NCBI GenBank assembly: GCA_965248705.1
Contig: CBDFJY010000002.1
Coordinates: forward strand, 919,095-983,094
Source of the DNA: Acidimicrobiia bacterium
GTDB taxonomy: Bacteria; Actinomycetota; Acidimicrobiia; Spongiisociales; ZC4RG35
Reading direction: 5' to 3'
Length of the DNA: 64,000 bases
In this document: in pieces, positions 1 to 8,812 of the stretch
Layout: each line of letters begins with the position of its first letter
How positions within the stretch are numbered: position 1 is the stretch's first letter
Notes under the pieces: model-generated
What the model was told of the DNA's origin: nothing
Seen by the model: the letters and a program-made list of their open reading frames with translations, nothing else
Database searches by the model: none
Made by a program: the position numbers and the translations under genes

Positions 1-2
1 AG

Positions 3-812
3 CTATGCGAGGCGGATGTCGAGTTGTGGGGGGAGGAGGAAGTGGGGCGGGTGGTGCTGTATCACGGGGGAGCGGAGGTGGGACAGGGCGCTCACACCGC
101 CCTCGCGCAGATGGCTGCCGAGGCGGCCGGAGTGGATGTCGGGATGGTGGAGACCCACTACTCCGATACGGCCCACACCGGCGACTCGGGATCGGCTTCC
201 GCTTCCCGGCTGACTTGGATGGCAGGCAACTCCATCCTGGGCGCCACCGAAGAAGCCCAGAAGCGGTGGCTGGAGGGAGATCGGCCCGCCCTCGGCAGCT
301 TCCGGTTCGTTCCGCCGCCCACCGAGACCTTCGATCCCCAGACCGGCGCGGGGGAGCTCAACTTCGCTTACGGGTGGATGGCGGAGGCGGTGGAAGTGAT
401 CGTGGATCTGGACACCGGACACCTGAAGGTGGAGTCGGTGGTCTGCGCGGTGGATGTGGGAAAGGCTGTCAACCCGGGGTTGGTGAAGGGACAGATAGAG
501 GGAGCGGTAGCGCAGGCTCATGGCTACGCGGTCACCGAGCGGCTGGTGACAGAGAATGGGAAGATCCTCAATCCCCACCTGAGTACTTACCTCATTCCCG
601 GGATTGGGGACATTCCCGAGCGGGTGGAGAGCGTGATCCTGGAGATCCCCGACCCGAGAGGGCCTTGGGGGGTGCGGGGAATGGCGGAAATGCCCTTCAT
701 CCCGCTGGCACCCGCCGTTTCCGCAGCCCTGTTCGACGCGGTCGGTGTGTGGTTCGACGAGCTTCCCCTCACCCCCGGGAGAGTATCAGCGGGGTTGCGG
801 TGCCAAAAATGA
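3..812 (+). CDS. Molybdopterin-dependent oxidoreductase, Mo-binding large subunit (xanthine dehydrogenase/CoxL family), C-terminal part; 5' end lies outside the window
   Basis: Reading frame is open from the window edge. C-terminal signature ...GMAEMPFIPLAPAVSAALFDA... is typical of the XDH/aldehyde oxidase Mo-binding subunit. Confidence 0.6.
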   Translation, partial: LCEADVELWGEEEVGRVVLYHGGAEVGQGAHTALAQMAAEAAGVDVGMVETHYSDTAHTGDSGSASASRLTWMAGNSILGATEEAQKRWLEGDRPALGSFRFVPPPTETFDPQTGAGELNFAYGWMAEAVEVIVDLDTGHLKVESVVCAVDVGKAVNPGLVKGQIEGAVAQAHGYAVTERLVTENGKILNPHLSTYLIPGIGDIPERVESVILEIPDPRGPWGVRGMAEMPFIPLAPAVSAALFDAVGVWFDELPLTPGRVSAGLRCQK

Positions 813-942
813 ATGGCTGTTTTGGCGAAAAAGCGCCAAAGCTGGTATATATTTAGGGACGAGGTCGGTAGGTATACCGGCAAAGCCACTTTTTAGTCGT
901 GTGCCCTTGGCCCGACGAGCAAGCGAGCGGAAGGAAGATCGA

Positions 943-2685
943 ATGAGAAAACTGAAATTAGCCATTGCTCTGATGGCTGTCTTGGCGTTGTTGGCTGCGG
1001 CCTGCGGCGATGGCGACGATACGGCTGCTGTTGCTGAAGCCGAAGCCGCTCAGGCTCAGGCTGCTGCTGCCACGGCTCAGGCTGCTGCGGACGCGGCGGC
1101 TGCGGATGTTGCCGCGGCGCAGGCCGAGTTGGAAGCCGCGCAGGCCGAGTTGGAAGATACCCGCGCTGCTGCTGAAGCCGGCGATGCGGAGGCTCAGGCG
1201 GCGTTGGCTGCTGCTGAAGCCGAAGCTGCTGCGGCTCAGGCTGCTGCGGACGCGGCTGAGGCTGCTGCGGAAGACGCGCAAATGACGCTGGAAGCGTCGA
1301 TGATGGTGACGGCGCCCGAGATCCGGGAAGCCGAGGTGGCGATGGGTTTCAACGCCTGCTGCGCCGATTCGGCCTTTTGGCAGATTCCCGTCGATTTGGG
1401 CTGGTGGGATGATTTGAACATAACCATCGTCCCCAACTCGCCTACCTATCACTACTTCACCGCCAGCGCCGACGCCATCGCCTGGTTGCGAAACGGTGAA
1501 GGCGCCGTGGCCCCCGGCTGGGTGCCGGGACTGTTCGGGTCCTTGGAGACCTTCGCTCAGGACATCCCACCGATCTTCTTCGCGGACATCTATGTCGGCT
1601 ATGCCGTCCTGGTAGCGCCTGACAGCCCCTCGAAGACTGCTATGGAGTTTGTGGAGGAAGGTATGTCCTTCCCGGACGCGGCCTTGGCGGCCGTGCAGCA
1701 GCTGGTAGGCTCGGTTATCCACATTCCGCCGCACAGCACACAGCAGGCCCAGTACACGAACGCGTTTTTCGCCTATCTGCCCGAGTGGTGGGAGGCTTAC
1801 CAGGAAGACATTCCCGCTTTGGACGGTGAAGGCAACCCCTTGGTGTTGCTGGGCCGCGACGGCGAGCCACTCCTGGACGATGACGGCAACGTTCAGCCGA
1901 TTCGCATTACGACCAACGACTGGCGCAACTACGCCAATCCTCAGTACGTCGATGATCCCACGATTGTGCAGCTTTCGGCGGTTCCGGGCCGGATCGAGTA
2001 CGCCATGCCCTATGGCGCTCCGACCCTGGTGCAGATGATGCGCAACGGTTGGGATCCGCTGATCAACTTCGGGATGATGATCGAGAACGACCCGTTCTCC
2101 CAGCCGACGGCGATCGCCAGCGCCACTGTCGGCGGCATCGGCCTGTTGGCCAACCGCGAGTGGGTGGAGGCAAACAAGGACCTGACCTACCGAGTCCTCT
2201 CTATCGGCTTTCGGACCTTCGAGTTCCTCGAGGATCCCGAGACCCAGTACCAGGGGTGGGAGATCGAGGCCAATCTCATCAACGAGAAGCGCCAGTTGAG
2301 CATGGATCCCGAGGACATCGGGATCATCTGGACGACCATCGACCCGTCGTTCACCTGGGAGGACCAGGCAGCTGTGTGGGACTTGAACCTGCCCAGCTAC
2401 CACCCAGAGACGGTGTTCAGGACCCAGGTAGAGGCTCTGAAGGCCAAGGGAGTCCTGTCTGCGACCTATGACACGCAGGCTGGGCTCGAGCAGTTCTTGT
2501 TGGCCCAGGATCTCTATTACGACATGAAGGGCATGCAGGACCGTTCCGATGGTCTGTTCGCTACGGCTGAGGGAATGGATCTTTCCGACAGCCAGGCCGC
2601 TTTGGTCGAGCAGGCGCAGGCCCACTATGACATCTATAACTTCTACGACGCTCTCCGCTTCTTGGAGGCTGCCCTTATTGGGTAG
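943..2685 (+). CDS. Substrate-binding lipoprotein of ABC cassette 1: lipoprotein signal (LLAAAC), a ~110-aa Ala/Gln/Glu low-complexity linker, then a ~470-aa globular domain
   Basis: ATG at 943 is preceded by GGAAGGAAG. MRKLKLAIALMAVLALLAAACGDG has signal peptide plus lipobox. The gene heads an operon with two permeases and an ATPase. The reported ORF start at 745 is an upstream over-extension. Confidence 0.6.
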   Translation: MRKLKLAIALMAVLALLAAACGDGDDTAAVAEAEAAQAQAAAATAQAAADAAAADVAAAQAELEAAQAELEDTRAAAEAGDAEAQAALAAAEAEAAAAQAAADAAEAAAEDAQMTLEASMMVTAPEIREAEVAMGFNACCADSAFWQIPVDLGWWDDLNITIVPNSPTYHYFTASADAIAWLRNGEGAVAPGWVPGLFGSLETFAQDIPPIFFADIYVGYAVLVAPDSPSKTAMEFVEEGMSFPDAALAAVQQLVGSVIHIPPHSTQQAQYTNAFFAYLPEWWEAYQEDIPALDGEGNPLVLLGRDGEPLLDDDGNVQPIRITTNDWRNYANPQYVDDPTIVQLSAVPGRIEYAMPYGAPTLVQMMRNGWDPLINFGMMIENDPFSQPTAIASATVGGIGLLANREWVEANKDLTYRVLSIGFRTFEFLEDPETQYQGWEIEANLINEKRQLSMDPEDIGIIWTTIDPSFTWEDQAAVWDLNLPSYHPETVFRTQVEALKAKGVLSATYDTQAGLEQFLLAQDLYYDMKGMQDRSDGLFATAEGMDLSDSQAALVEQAQAHYDIYNFYDALRFLEAALIG

Positions 2686-2726
2686 GCTTTCGGTAGCGAT
2701 TGCCTAGTAGGTAAAAGAGAGGCTCC

Positions 2727-2767
2727 GAGCGCGGGGCCGGACGGTTTTGTCGTCCGGCCCCGCGCTC
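2727..2767 (+). promoter_or_regulatory. Intercistronic 17-bp perfect stem-loop between the binding-protein gene and permease 1 (likely mRNA stabiliser or attenuator)
   Basis: GAGCGCGGGGCCGGACG-GTTTTGT-CGTCCGGCCCCGCGCTC. The copy-2 counterpart has compensatory changes. Confidence 0.5.
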
Positions 2768-2811
2768 GGGCCTGTAGGTAAAGGACCGCGAGGGCGAGGA
2801 AGAGAGATACA

Positions 2812-3762
2812 GTGACCACCACAAGCACCGATGTTCTTGATGTGAGAGCGGCGGCGCATCGTGAAAAGCGGCGCCGTCAGGTTGCCTATAGCATTTATCT
2901 GGTCCTCGGGTTGATTCTTTTTTTGTTGTTTTGGCAGTTGTTGGCCTCGCCTTTTTCGCCTTTTTTCTATCTGATACCGCCGCCCCTTGATGCCGTCAGG
3001 CATTTCGGGGAGAATCTGTTTTTCAGTGAGCGGATGTTGGAGCGGTATGTTCATGCTTGTCCGGATCTGTTGGATGAGTTGGAGTTGACGGGGGGAGGAA
3101 TGTTCGATCTCCCTGATCGCTGTTTTGGGTATATTCTGCATTTGGTGCGGACCACCCGCAATATCATGATTGCGGTTACGCTGGGGACGGTGTTCGGTTT
3201 GTCGGTGGGGCTGAGCAGTTTGGTGTTCCCGAAGATCGCGGATGTGGTGACACCGATCGCTGGTTTTTTCGGGACTACCCCGATTTTCATAGCGGCGCCT
3301 TTTTTTGTGATCTGGTTCGGGATCGAGTATCCCCTGATGACCACCGTGGGGGTGGTTGTCTTTTACACCACCCTCCTCATGTATTTCTTCAGCCGCCGGG
3401 CGGCGGAAAATATACCGGTGGGGATCATTGAGTCGGCTCTTACTCTGGGAGGAGACAGCCGTGCTATTTTCCGGTGGGTGTATTTGCCGGGGACGATACC
3501 CGAGATCGCGGGCGGTTTTCGTATTGCATTGGCCGGCGCTTGGGGATTGGGTACGTTGGTGGAGGTGCTGGGGATACAGATGGGAGGAGGGTTTCTTATT
3601 CGTATGTGGAGCTTCGCCATGGGCCTTGTGGAGGGGCCGTCCGCGGTGGTCTCTCTGATTCTTTTCTTCGGTGTGTTGGCTGTGGTAGTCGACGGTATCC
3701 TGGTGCTGTTTATCCGTTTCATCACCAAGTGGTCCGAGGCCGGTCGCCGGCTGGGTTTGTAG
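2812..3762 (+). CDS. ABC transporter permease 1 (NitT/TauT-type binding-protein-dependent inner-membrane component)
   Basis: Multi-TM protein with EAA-like loop ESALTLGGDSRAIFRWVYLPGTIPEI. GTG start. Lies between the binding-protein and ATPase genes. Confidence 0.75.
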   Translation: MTTTSTDVLDVRAAAHREKRRRQVAYSIYLVLGLILFLLFWQLLASPFSPFFYLIPPPLDAVRHFGENLFFSERMLERYVHACPDLLDELELTGGGMFDLPDRCFGYILHLVRTTRNIMIAVTLGTVFGLSVGLSSLVFPKIADVVTPIAGFFGTTPIFIAAPFFVIWFGIEYPLMTTVGVVVFYTTLLMYFFSRRAAENIPVGIIESALTLGGDSRAIFRWVYLPGTIPEIAGGFRIALAGAWGLGTLVEVLGIQMGGGFLIRMWSFAMGLVEGPSAVVSLILFFGVLAVVVDGILVLFIRFITKWSEAGRRLGL

Positions 3763-3775
3763 GCAAGGAGGAACC

Positions 3776-4552
3776 ATGTCAACTGTTGTGAACTTTGAGA
3801 ACCTGTGGTGTGTATTCGAGCACCGATCCGGGCAATTGGTGCATGCCCTTGAAGACGTCACTTTCCAGGTCGATCCCGGGGAGTTTGTGTGCGTGGTGGG
3901 GAGGTCCGGGCATGGTAAGACCACCCTGCTGAGGGTGTTGGCCGGGCTTCAGCCTCCCACCGCCGGCTATGCCAAGCTGGGCGACACCGCGGTGACGGGG
4001 CCGGGTAGCGACCGGGCCATGGTTTTTCAGCAGGACACGGTGTTCCCCTGGTTGCATGTCCGCGAGAATGTTGAGTTTGGCCTCAGGGCCAACAAGGTTC
4101 CGGATAAGGAGCGGAACGAGATCGCCGATTACTGGTTGGAGGCGGTGGGATTGGAGGATTTCGCCGACTCTTGGCCGCGGGAGCTTTCTGGGGGTATGAG
4201 AAAGCGGGTGGCCTTGGCGGCGGCGATGGCGGTGGGCTCGGATGTTGTCCTTATGGATGAGCCTTTTGGGTCTGTTGATTATTTCACGCGCCGCAATCTT
4301 CATGAGGTTCTTTTGAACCTGTGGTTTGAGACCCGCAAGACCATCTTTTTTGTCACCCATGACATTGAGGAGGCGCTGATTCTTGCTGACCGGGTGATCC
4401 TCTTGGCCGAGGGCAAGCTGGTGGACGATATCGCGGTTTCTCTCCCTCGTCCTCGTAACGAGGATGTCCGGGCTACCCCCGAGGCGGTGAGTGTGTTCAA
4501 GCTGATCCTCGCGCATCTGGGCATCACCGAAGAGGAGGCGACGAAGGCTTGA
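3776..4552 (+). CDS. ABC transporter ATP-binding protein, NitT/TauT (SsuB/TauB/NrtD-like) family
   Basis: Walker A GRSGHGKTT, signature LSGGMRKRVALAAA, Walker B VVLMDEPFGSVD, and the family hallmark MVFQQDTVFPW. Confidence 0.9.
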   Translation: MSTVVNFENLWCVFEHRSGQLVHALEDVTFQVDPGEFVCVVGRSGHGKTTLLRVLAGLQPPTAGYAKLGDTAVTGPGSDRAMVFQQDTVFPWLHVRENVEFGLRANKVPDKERNEIADYWLEAVGLEDFADSWPRELSGGMRKRVALAAAMAVGSDVVLMDEPFGSVDYFTRRNLHEVLLNLWFETRKTIFFVTHDIEEALILADRVILLAEGKLVDDIAVSLPRPRNEDVRATPEAVSVFKLILAHLGITEEEATKA

Positions 4553-5772
4553 ACCAGCCTGCCCGCTTCCGAAGCCTTTATTGGATTGGAGGGCTGATCT
4601 GGGCTGTCTTTCTGGCTCCTTGGTTGCTCGTTCAACTGCCTGAAGGCTTTCTCTTCGTTTCTTGGACATCTGGCGAGGGCGTGATCAACGTTACGTGGTC
4701 GCTCCTTGTTTCTTGGCTGGTTTTGTTGCTGGCCTGGCCGGTTGTGTTCCGCCCGAGTGGGGTCAAGAACCGCCTGGTCAAGATGGGACGGGGGATAGCG
4801 GGGGGGCCGCCGATGCTGTTGGCCGGTATGCGCCGCAGCCCGCTCTTCTTCGTCTCCTGGGCGGTGTTGCTGGTAGCGTGGCAACTGGCGTCTTACATTG
4901 CGCCTTCGGGAGCCCTCGAGCACCCCCTGGTCCCCGGATGGGACTACGTGTTCGGCGAATCCCTCTCCAGAATGTCCGGAGACTGGACCGTCCTTGGGTT
5001 TGACCAGCTCGGGTTTGTAAATTTCCAGGTCGCTGACCTGGCGCCTTATCCCGCCTATGGCGGAGAGAGGACCGTGCCGGCCATTTTCCTCGCCATCGCT
5101 TTTCACTCGGGCGTGACCCTTTTCAGGCTGTTGTGTGGCATGACGATTGGTTTCACGCTCGGTCTCCTGACCGGATTGGCCATTCCCTATTGGCCGGCGT
5201 TGCGCCAGTCCGCTTGGGCGCCCATGAACTTTCTGCGGATGATCCCCCTCCTGGCGGCAATTCCCTGGTTGCAGTTTGCCCTGGGCTCCACCCTCTTTGG
5301 TATCACCATCTATATTGCATTCGGGGTGTGGACGACGCTGGTGGTGGCCACCATGAACTCGGTGGCCAACGTGCCTGACCGGTACATCGAAAGCGCCCGT
5401 ACCCTGGGCGCGTCCCGGCCGTGGACCTATTTCAAGGTGATAGTGCCGGGGGCGATTCCCGAGTTGCGCACCGCCATGTTGCTCGCCATGGGAGGGAGCT
5501 GGTCGCTGGCCATTGCCGCCGAGTTCCTGGGTTTCCCCACCGGGCTGGGATATATGGCAGCGGTGGCGGTGCAGGAAACCAACACCGCCCGGCTGGTGAT
5601 AGTGGCGTTCATCGTGGCTGGTTATTCTCTCACGACCTTCTACTTGCTCAACGAGGGATTCAAAAAGGCCGTGAGTTGGATGCCACAGCGCACCACCGGG
5701 AAGACGGATATCAGCAAGATGGCCGGGGCGGCAGGAGCGGGGGGTCGCGTGGAAAGCATCGAGGGCGGATAG
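4549..5772 (+). CDS. ABC transporter permease 2 with N-terminal membrane extension
   Basis: TTG start overlapping the ATPase stop. C-terminal half carries the permease core ARTLGASRPWTYFKVIVPGAIPELRTAMLLAMGGSW. Confidence 0.75.
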   Translation: MNQPARFRSLYWIGGLIWAVFLAPWLLVQLPEGFLFVSWTSGEGVINVTWSLLVSWLVLLLAWPVVFRPSGVKNRLVKMGRGIAGGPPMLLAGMRRSPLFFVSWAVLLVAWQLASYIAPSGALEHPLVPGWDYVFGESLSRMSGDWTVLGFDQLGFVNFQVADLAPYPAYGGERTVPAIFLAIAFHSGVTLFRLLCGMTIGFTLGLLTGLAIPYWPALRQSAWAPMNFLRMIPLLAAIPWLQFALGSTLFGITIYIAFGVWTTLVVATMNSVANVPDRYIESARTLGASRPWTYFKVIVPGAIPELRTAMLLAMGGSWSLAIAAEFLGFPTGLGYMAAVAVQETNTARLVIVAFIVAGYSLTTFYLLNEGFKKAVSWMPQRTTGKTDISKMAGAAGAGGRVESIEGG

Positions 5773-5859
5773 GCCGCGCCGCAGAATCAGCGTCCGCGAC
5801 GGGCGCCGCGTCGGGATTGACCATCCTGGTTTCTCCCTGCATATGAGGTTACCGGCGCG

Positions 5860-6756
5860 GTGCTGACCGGCATCGTCTTCGGGTTTATCACGGCGGTGAC
5901 GCTGGGGATCAATCATTTGCTCACTGCAGTGGTGGCCCGGCGCTTCGGCGTGCTGCGCTCCACTACCACCACTTTGAGCCTGGCCCTCTTGGTGATGGTC
6001 GCCTGGGCAATCCTCATCGACGTGCCGTTCGAAATCACCACTGACCAACTTGTTTTACTGGCCTTCTTGGGCTCCTGCGCCGGCGGGGCCTTTCTGGGCT
6101 CCTACACGGCCCTCCGACTCGGTCCGATCTCGGTGGTGAGCCCGATCGGCGCTCTGAGTGGCGCCATGACGGTGGTCTTCTCATTCTGGTTGCTGGGGGA
6201 AAGACCCGGCGCGGTGCAGTGGGCGGGGATACCGGTCGCGGTACTGGGAGCGGTGTTGGCATCCGTGGTGATCGAGCGCGGAGCCAAGATTCGACTGGTC
6301 ACCTGGGGGCCGGTCTTCGCCATGATCGGCGTGGTTGTGGGATCGCTCTCCAACGCCGGCCTGAAGATCCCCATCAGGGATGGACTCGACTCCAACCTGA
6401 CCGTCATCACCCAGCGGGTCTACACGGTGGCCTACGTCGCTCTGGTGTTGGTGATTGTCTCCCGGGTGACAGAACGGCGTCGACGAAGGGGAGATGATCC
6501 CCCGTGCCCGGTGAGAATTACCTGGAGGACAGGATGGCTGCTGGGCGTGGTGGGAGTGATCGACGCCGTCTCCTTCATATCATTCGGATACGGTTTGGCG
6601 TATGCTCCGGCTTGGCTGATTGGGATTATCTCCCAAAGCGGACGGGTAATAGCAGTGGTCGGCGGGGTGATGTTCTTCAACGAACGACTCCAATCCCTGC
6701 AGTGGACAGGCGTAGCCCTGGTAACGGTCGGCGTGGCCATGTCCATCGCCGGCTAG
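5860..6756 (+). CDS. EamA/DMT-superfamily transporter (10 TM)
   Basis: Two EamA-like halves, hydrophobic throughout. GTG start, start uncertain. Confidence 0.65.
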   Translation: MLTGIVFGFITAVTLGINHLLTAVVARRFGVLRSTTTTLSLALLVMVAWAILIDVPFEITTDQLVLLAFLGSCAGGAFLGSYTALRLGPISVVSPIGALSGAMTVVFSFWLLGERPGAVQWAGIPVAVLGAVLASVVIERGAKIRLVTWGPVFAMIGVVVGSLSNAGLKIPIRDGLDSNLTVITQRVYTVAYVALVLVIVSRVTERRRRRGDDPPCPVRITWRTGWLLGVVGVIDAVSFISFGYGLAYAPAWLIGIISQSGRVIAVVGGVMFFNERLQSLQWTGVALVTVGVAMSIAG

Positions 6757-6929
6757 GACCGCCGCTCCGAAGAGGGCGAACGCTATTTCGTCCCTCCGCC
6801 ATGTGGTCCCCTCCTCCATGACGACCCACGCCCCCGACCACTGCTGTTAGAAAAATAATGCCCTTTTGATAACAAGACACCAAGGCTAAGTATATATTTG
6901 AGGTTACAAGCGAGCGGAAGGAAGATCGA

Positions 6930-8687
6930 ATGAGAAAACTGAAATTAGCCATTGCTCTGATGGCTGTCTTGGCGTTGTTGGCTGCGGCCTGCGGCGATGG
7001 CGACGATACGGCTGCTGCGGACGCGGCGGCTGTTGCTGAAGCCGAAGCCGCTCAGGCTCAGGCTGCTGCTGCCACGGCTCAGGCTGCTGCGGACGCGGCG
7101 GCTGCGGATGCTGCCGCGGCGCAGGCCGAGTTGGAAGCCGCCCAGGCTGAACTGGCGGCCACCCAAGCTGCTGCTGAAGCCGGCGATGCGGAAGCGCAGG
7201 CGGAGTTGGCGGCTGCTGAAGCCGAAGCTGCTGCGGCTCAGGCTGCTGCGGACGCGGCTGAGGCTGTTGCGGAAGACGCGCAAATGACGCTGGAAGCGTC
7301 GATGATGGCGACGGCGCCCGAGATCCGGGAACTCGAAGTGGCTATGGGTATAGGTTTCTGTTGCGCCGACTTTGCCTATTGGCAGATTCCCTTGGAATTG
7401 GACTGGTATGACGAATTGGGTATAACCATCGTCCCCAATACGCCTACTTATTGGTATCTCACCAATAGCACCGAGACCAACGCCAAATTGCAGCGTCAAG
7501 AGCTTCACATGGCCAATGGCTGGGTGCCCTCACTGTTCATAGCTCTGGAGACCTTCGCTCAGGAGATTCCAGTGATTCACTTCGCGGATATCTTTATCGG
7601 CTATGCGGTCCTGGTATCGCCCGACAGCGATTCGAAGACTGCCCTGGAGTTCGTGGAGGAAGGGATGTCCTTCTCGGAGGCGGCCACGGCGGCCGTGGAG
7701 CAGTTGGTAGGCGAGGACATCTACATTACGCCGAATAGCACTACACAGGCCCAGTATGCGAACGCGTTTTTCGCCTATCTGCCCGAGTGGTGGGAGGATG
7801 TGCAGGAAGACATTTCCGTAATTGACGAGGAAGGCAACCCCTTGGTGTTGCTGGGCCGCGACGGCCAGCCACTCCTGGATGATGACGGCAACGTTCAGCC
7901 GATTCGCATTACGACCAACGACTGGCGCAATTATGCCAATCCGAAGTACGTCGAGGACCCCATTATCGTGGAGCTTTCGGCTGTTCCGGGCCGGATCGAT
8001 TACGCCATGCCCTTCCAGGCTCCAACCCTGGTGCAGATGATTCGTAACGGCTGGGATCCGCTGATCAACTTCGCGATGATGTTCGAGCACGACGCGTTCT
8101 CCCAGCAGACGGCGATCGCCAGCTCCACCACAGGCGGCACCGGCCTGATTGCCAACCGCGAGTGGGTGGAGGCGAACAAGGACGCGGTCTACCGGATACT
8201 CTCCGTTGCCCACCGGACCTTCGCTTTGCTCGATGATCCCGAGACCCAGCGAATTGGGTGGGAGATCGAGGCCAATCTCATCAACGAGAAGCGCCAGTTG
8301 ACCATGGATCCCGAGGACATCGGAGTCATATGGGAACAGATCGACCCCTCCTTTAACTGGGAGGACCAGGAGGCGCTTTGGGACTTGAACCTGCCCAGCT
8401 ACCACCCAGAGACGGTGTTCAGGAACCAGGTCGAGGAGCGTAAGGCCAAGGGAGAATTGTCTGCGACCTATGACACGCAGGCAGGACTCGAAAGGTTCTT
8501 GTTGGCCCAGGAGCTCTATTACGACATGAAGGGCATGCAGGAACGTTCCGACGAGCTCTTCGCCAGGGCTGAAGGAATGGATCTTTCCGATAGCCAGGCT
8601 GCTTTGGTCGAGCAGGCGCGCCACTGGTACGACATCTATAACTTCTACGACGCTGAGCGCTGGCTTGAGGCTGCCCTTATTGGGTAG
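6930..8687 (+). CDS. Substrate-binding lipoprotein of ABC cassette 2; diverged paralogue of 943..2685
   Basis: Same signal/lipobox and low-complexity linker as copy 1. The globular domain is strongly diverged in its N-terminal part (GIGFCCADFAYWQIPLELDWYDELGITIVPNTPTYWY...). Confidence 0.6.
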   Translation: MRKLKLAIALMAVLALLAAACGDGDDTAAADAAAVAEAEAAQAQAAAATAQAAADAAAADAAAAQAELEAAQAELAATQAAAEAGDAEAQAELAAAEAEAAAAQAAADAAEAVAEDAQMTLEASMMATAPEIRELEVAMGIGFCCADFAYWQIPLELDWYDELGITIVPNTPTYWYLTNSTETNAKLQRQELHMANGWVPSLFIALETFAQEIPVIHFADIFIGYAVLVSPDSDSKTALEFVEEGMSFSEAATAAVEQLVGEDIYITPNSTTQAQYANAFFAYLPEWWEDVQEDISVIDEEGNPLVLLGRDGQPLLDDDGNVQPIRITTNDWRNYANPKYVEDPIIVELSAVPGRIDYAMPFQAPTLVQMIRNGWDPLINFAMMFEHDAFSQQTAIASSTTGGTGLIANREWVEANKDAVYRILSVAHRTFALLDDPETQRIGWEIEANLINEKRQLTMDPEDIGVIWEQIDPSFNWEDQEALWDLNLPSYHPETVFRNQVEERKAKGELSATYDTQAGLERFLLAQELYYDMKGMQERSDELFARAEGMDLSDSQAALVEQARHWYDIYNFYDAERWLEAALIG

Positions 8688-8728
8688 GCTTCCGGTAGCG
8701 ATTGCCTAGTAGGTAAAAGAGAGGCTCC

Positions 8729-8767
8729 GAGCGCGGGCAGGACGGGTTTGTCGTCCTGCCCCGCGCT
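8729..8767 (+). promoter_or_regulatory. Intercistronic stem-loop, copy 2
   Basis: GAGCGCGGGCAGGACG...CGTCCTGCCCCGCGCT. A C>A change on the 5' arm is matched by G>T on the 3' arm relative to copy 1. Confidence 0.5.
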
Positions 8768-8812
8768 TCGGCCTGTAGGTAAAGGACCGCGAGGGCGAGG
8801 AAGAGAGATACA

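Noticed and set aside
745-942. Upstream extensions of reported ORFs (745 for the binding lipoprotein, 28566 for murJ, 26047 for asd, 27096 for lysC, 32144 for glpX, 39489 for dnaK, 41724 and 43568 for the HAD and VWA genes)
   Set aside because: Conserved N-termini, signal peptides, RBS placement and neighbouring-gene stops indicate downstream starts.
958-2625. Long antisense ORFs, such as 958..2625(-), 2704..3924(-), 4300..6048(-), 10301..12016(-), 20565..22457(+), 25801..27045(+) and 37462..39537(+)
   Set aside because: They lie opposite well-supported genes in a 65% GC genome, where stop codons are rare in all frames. Their products are low-complexity (Arg/Gly/Pro-rich) with no recognisable domains.
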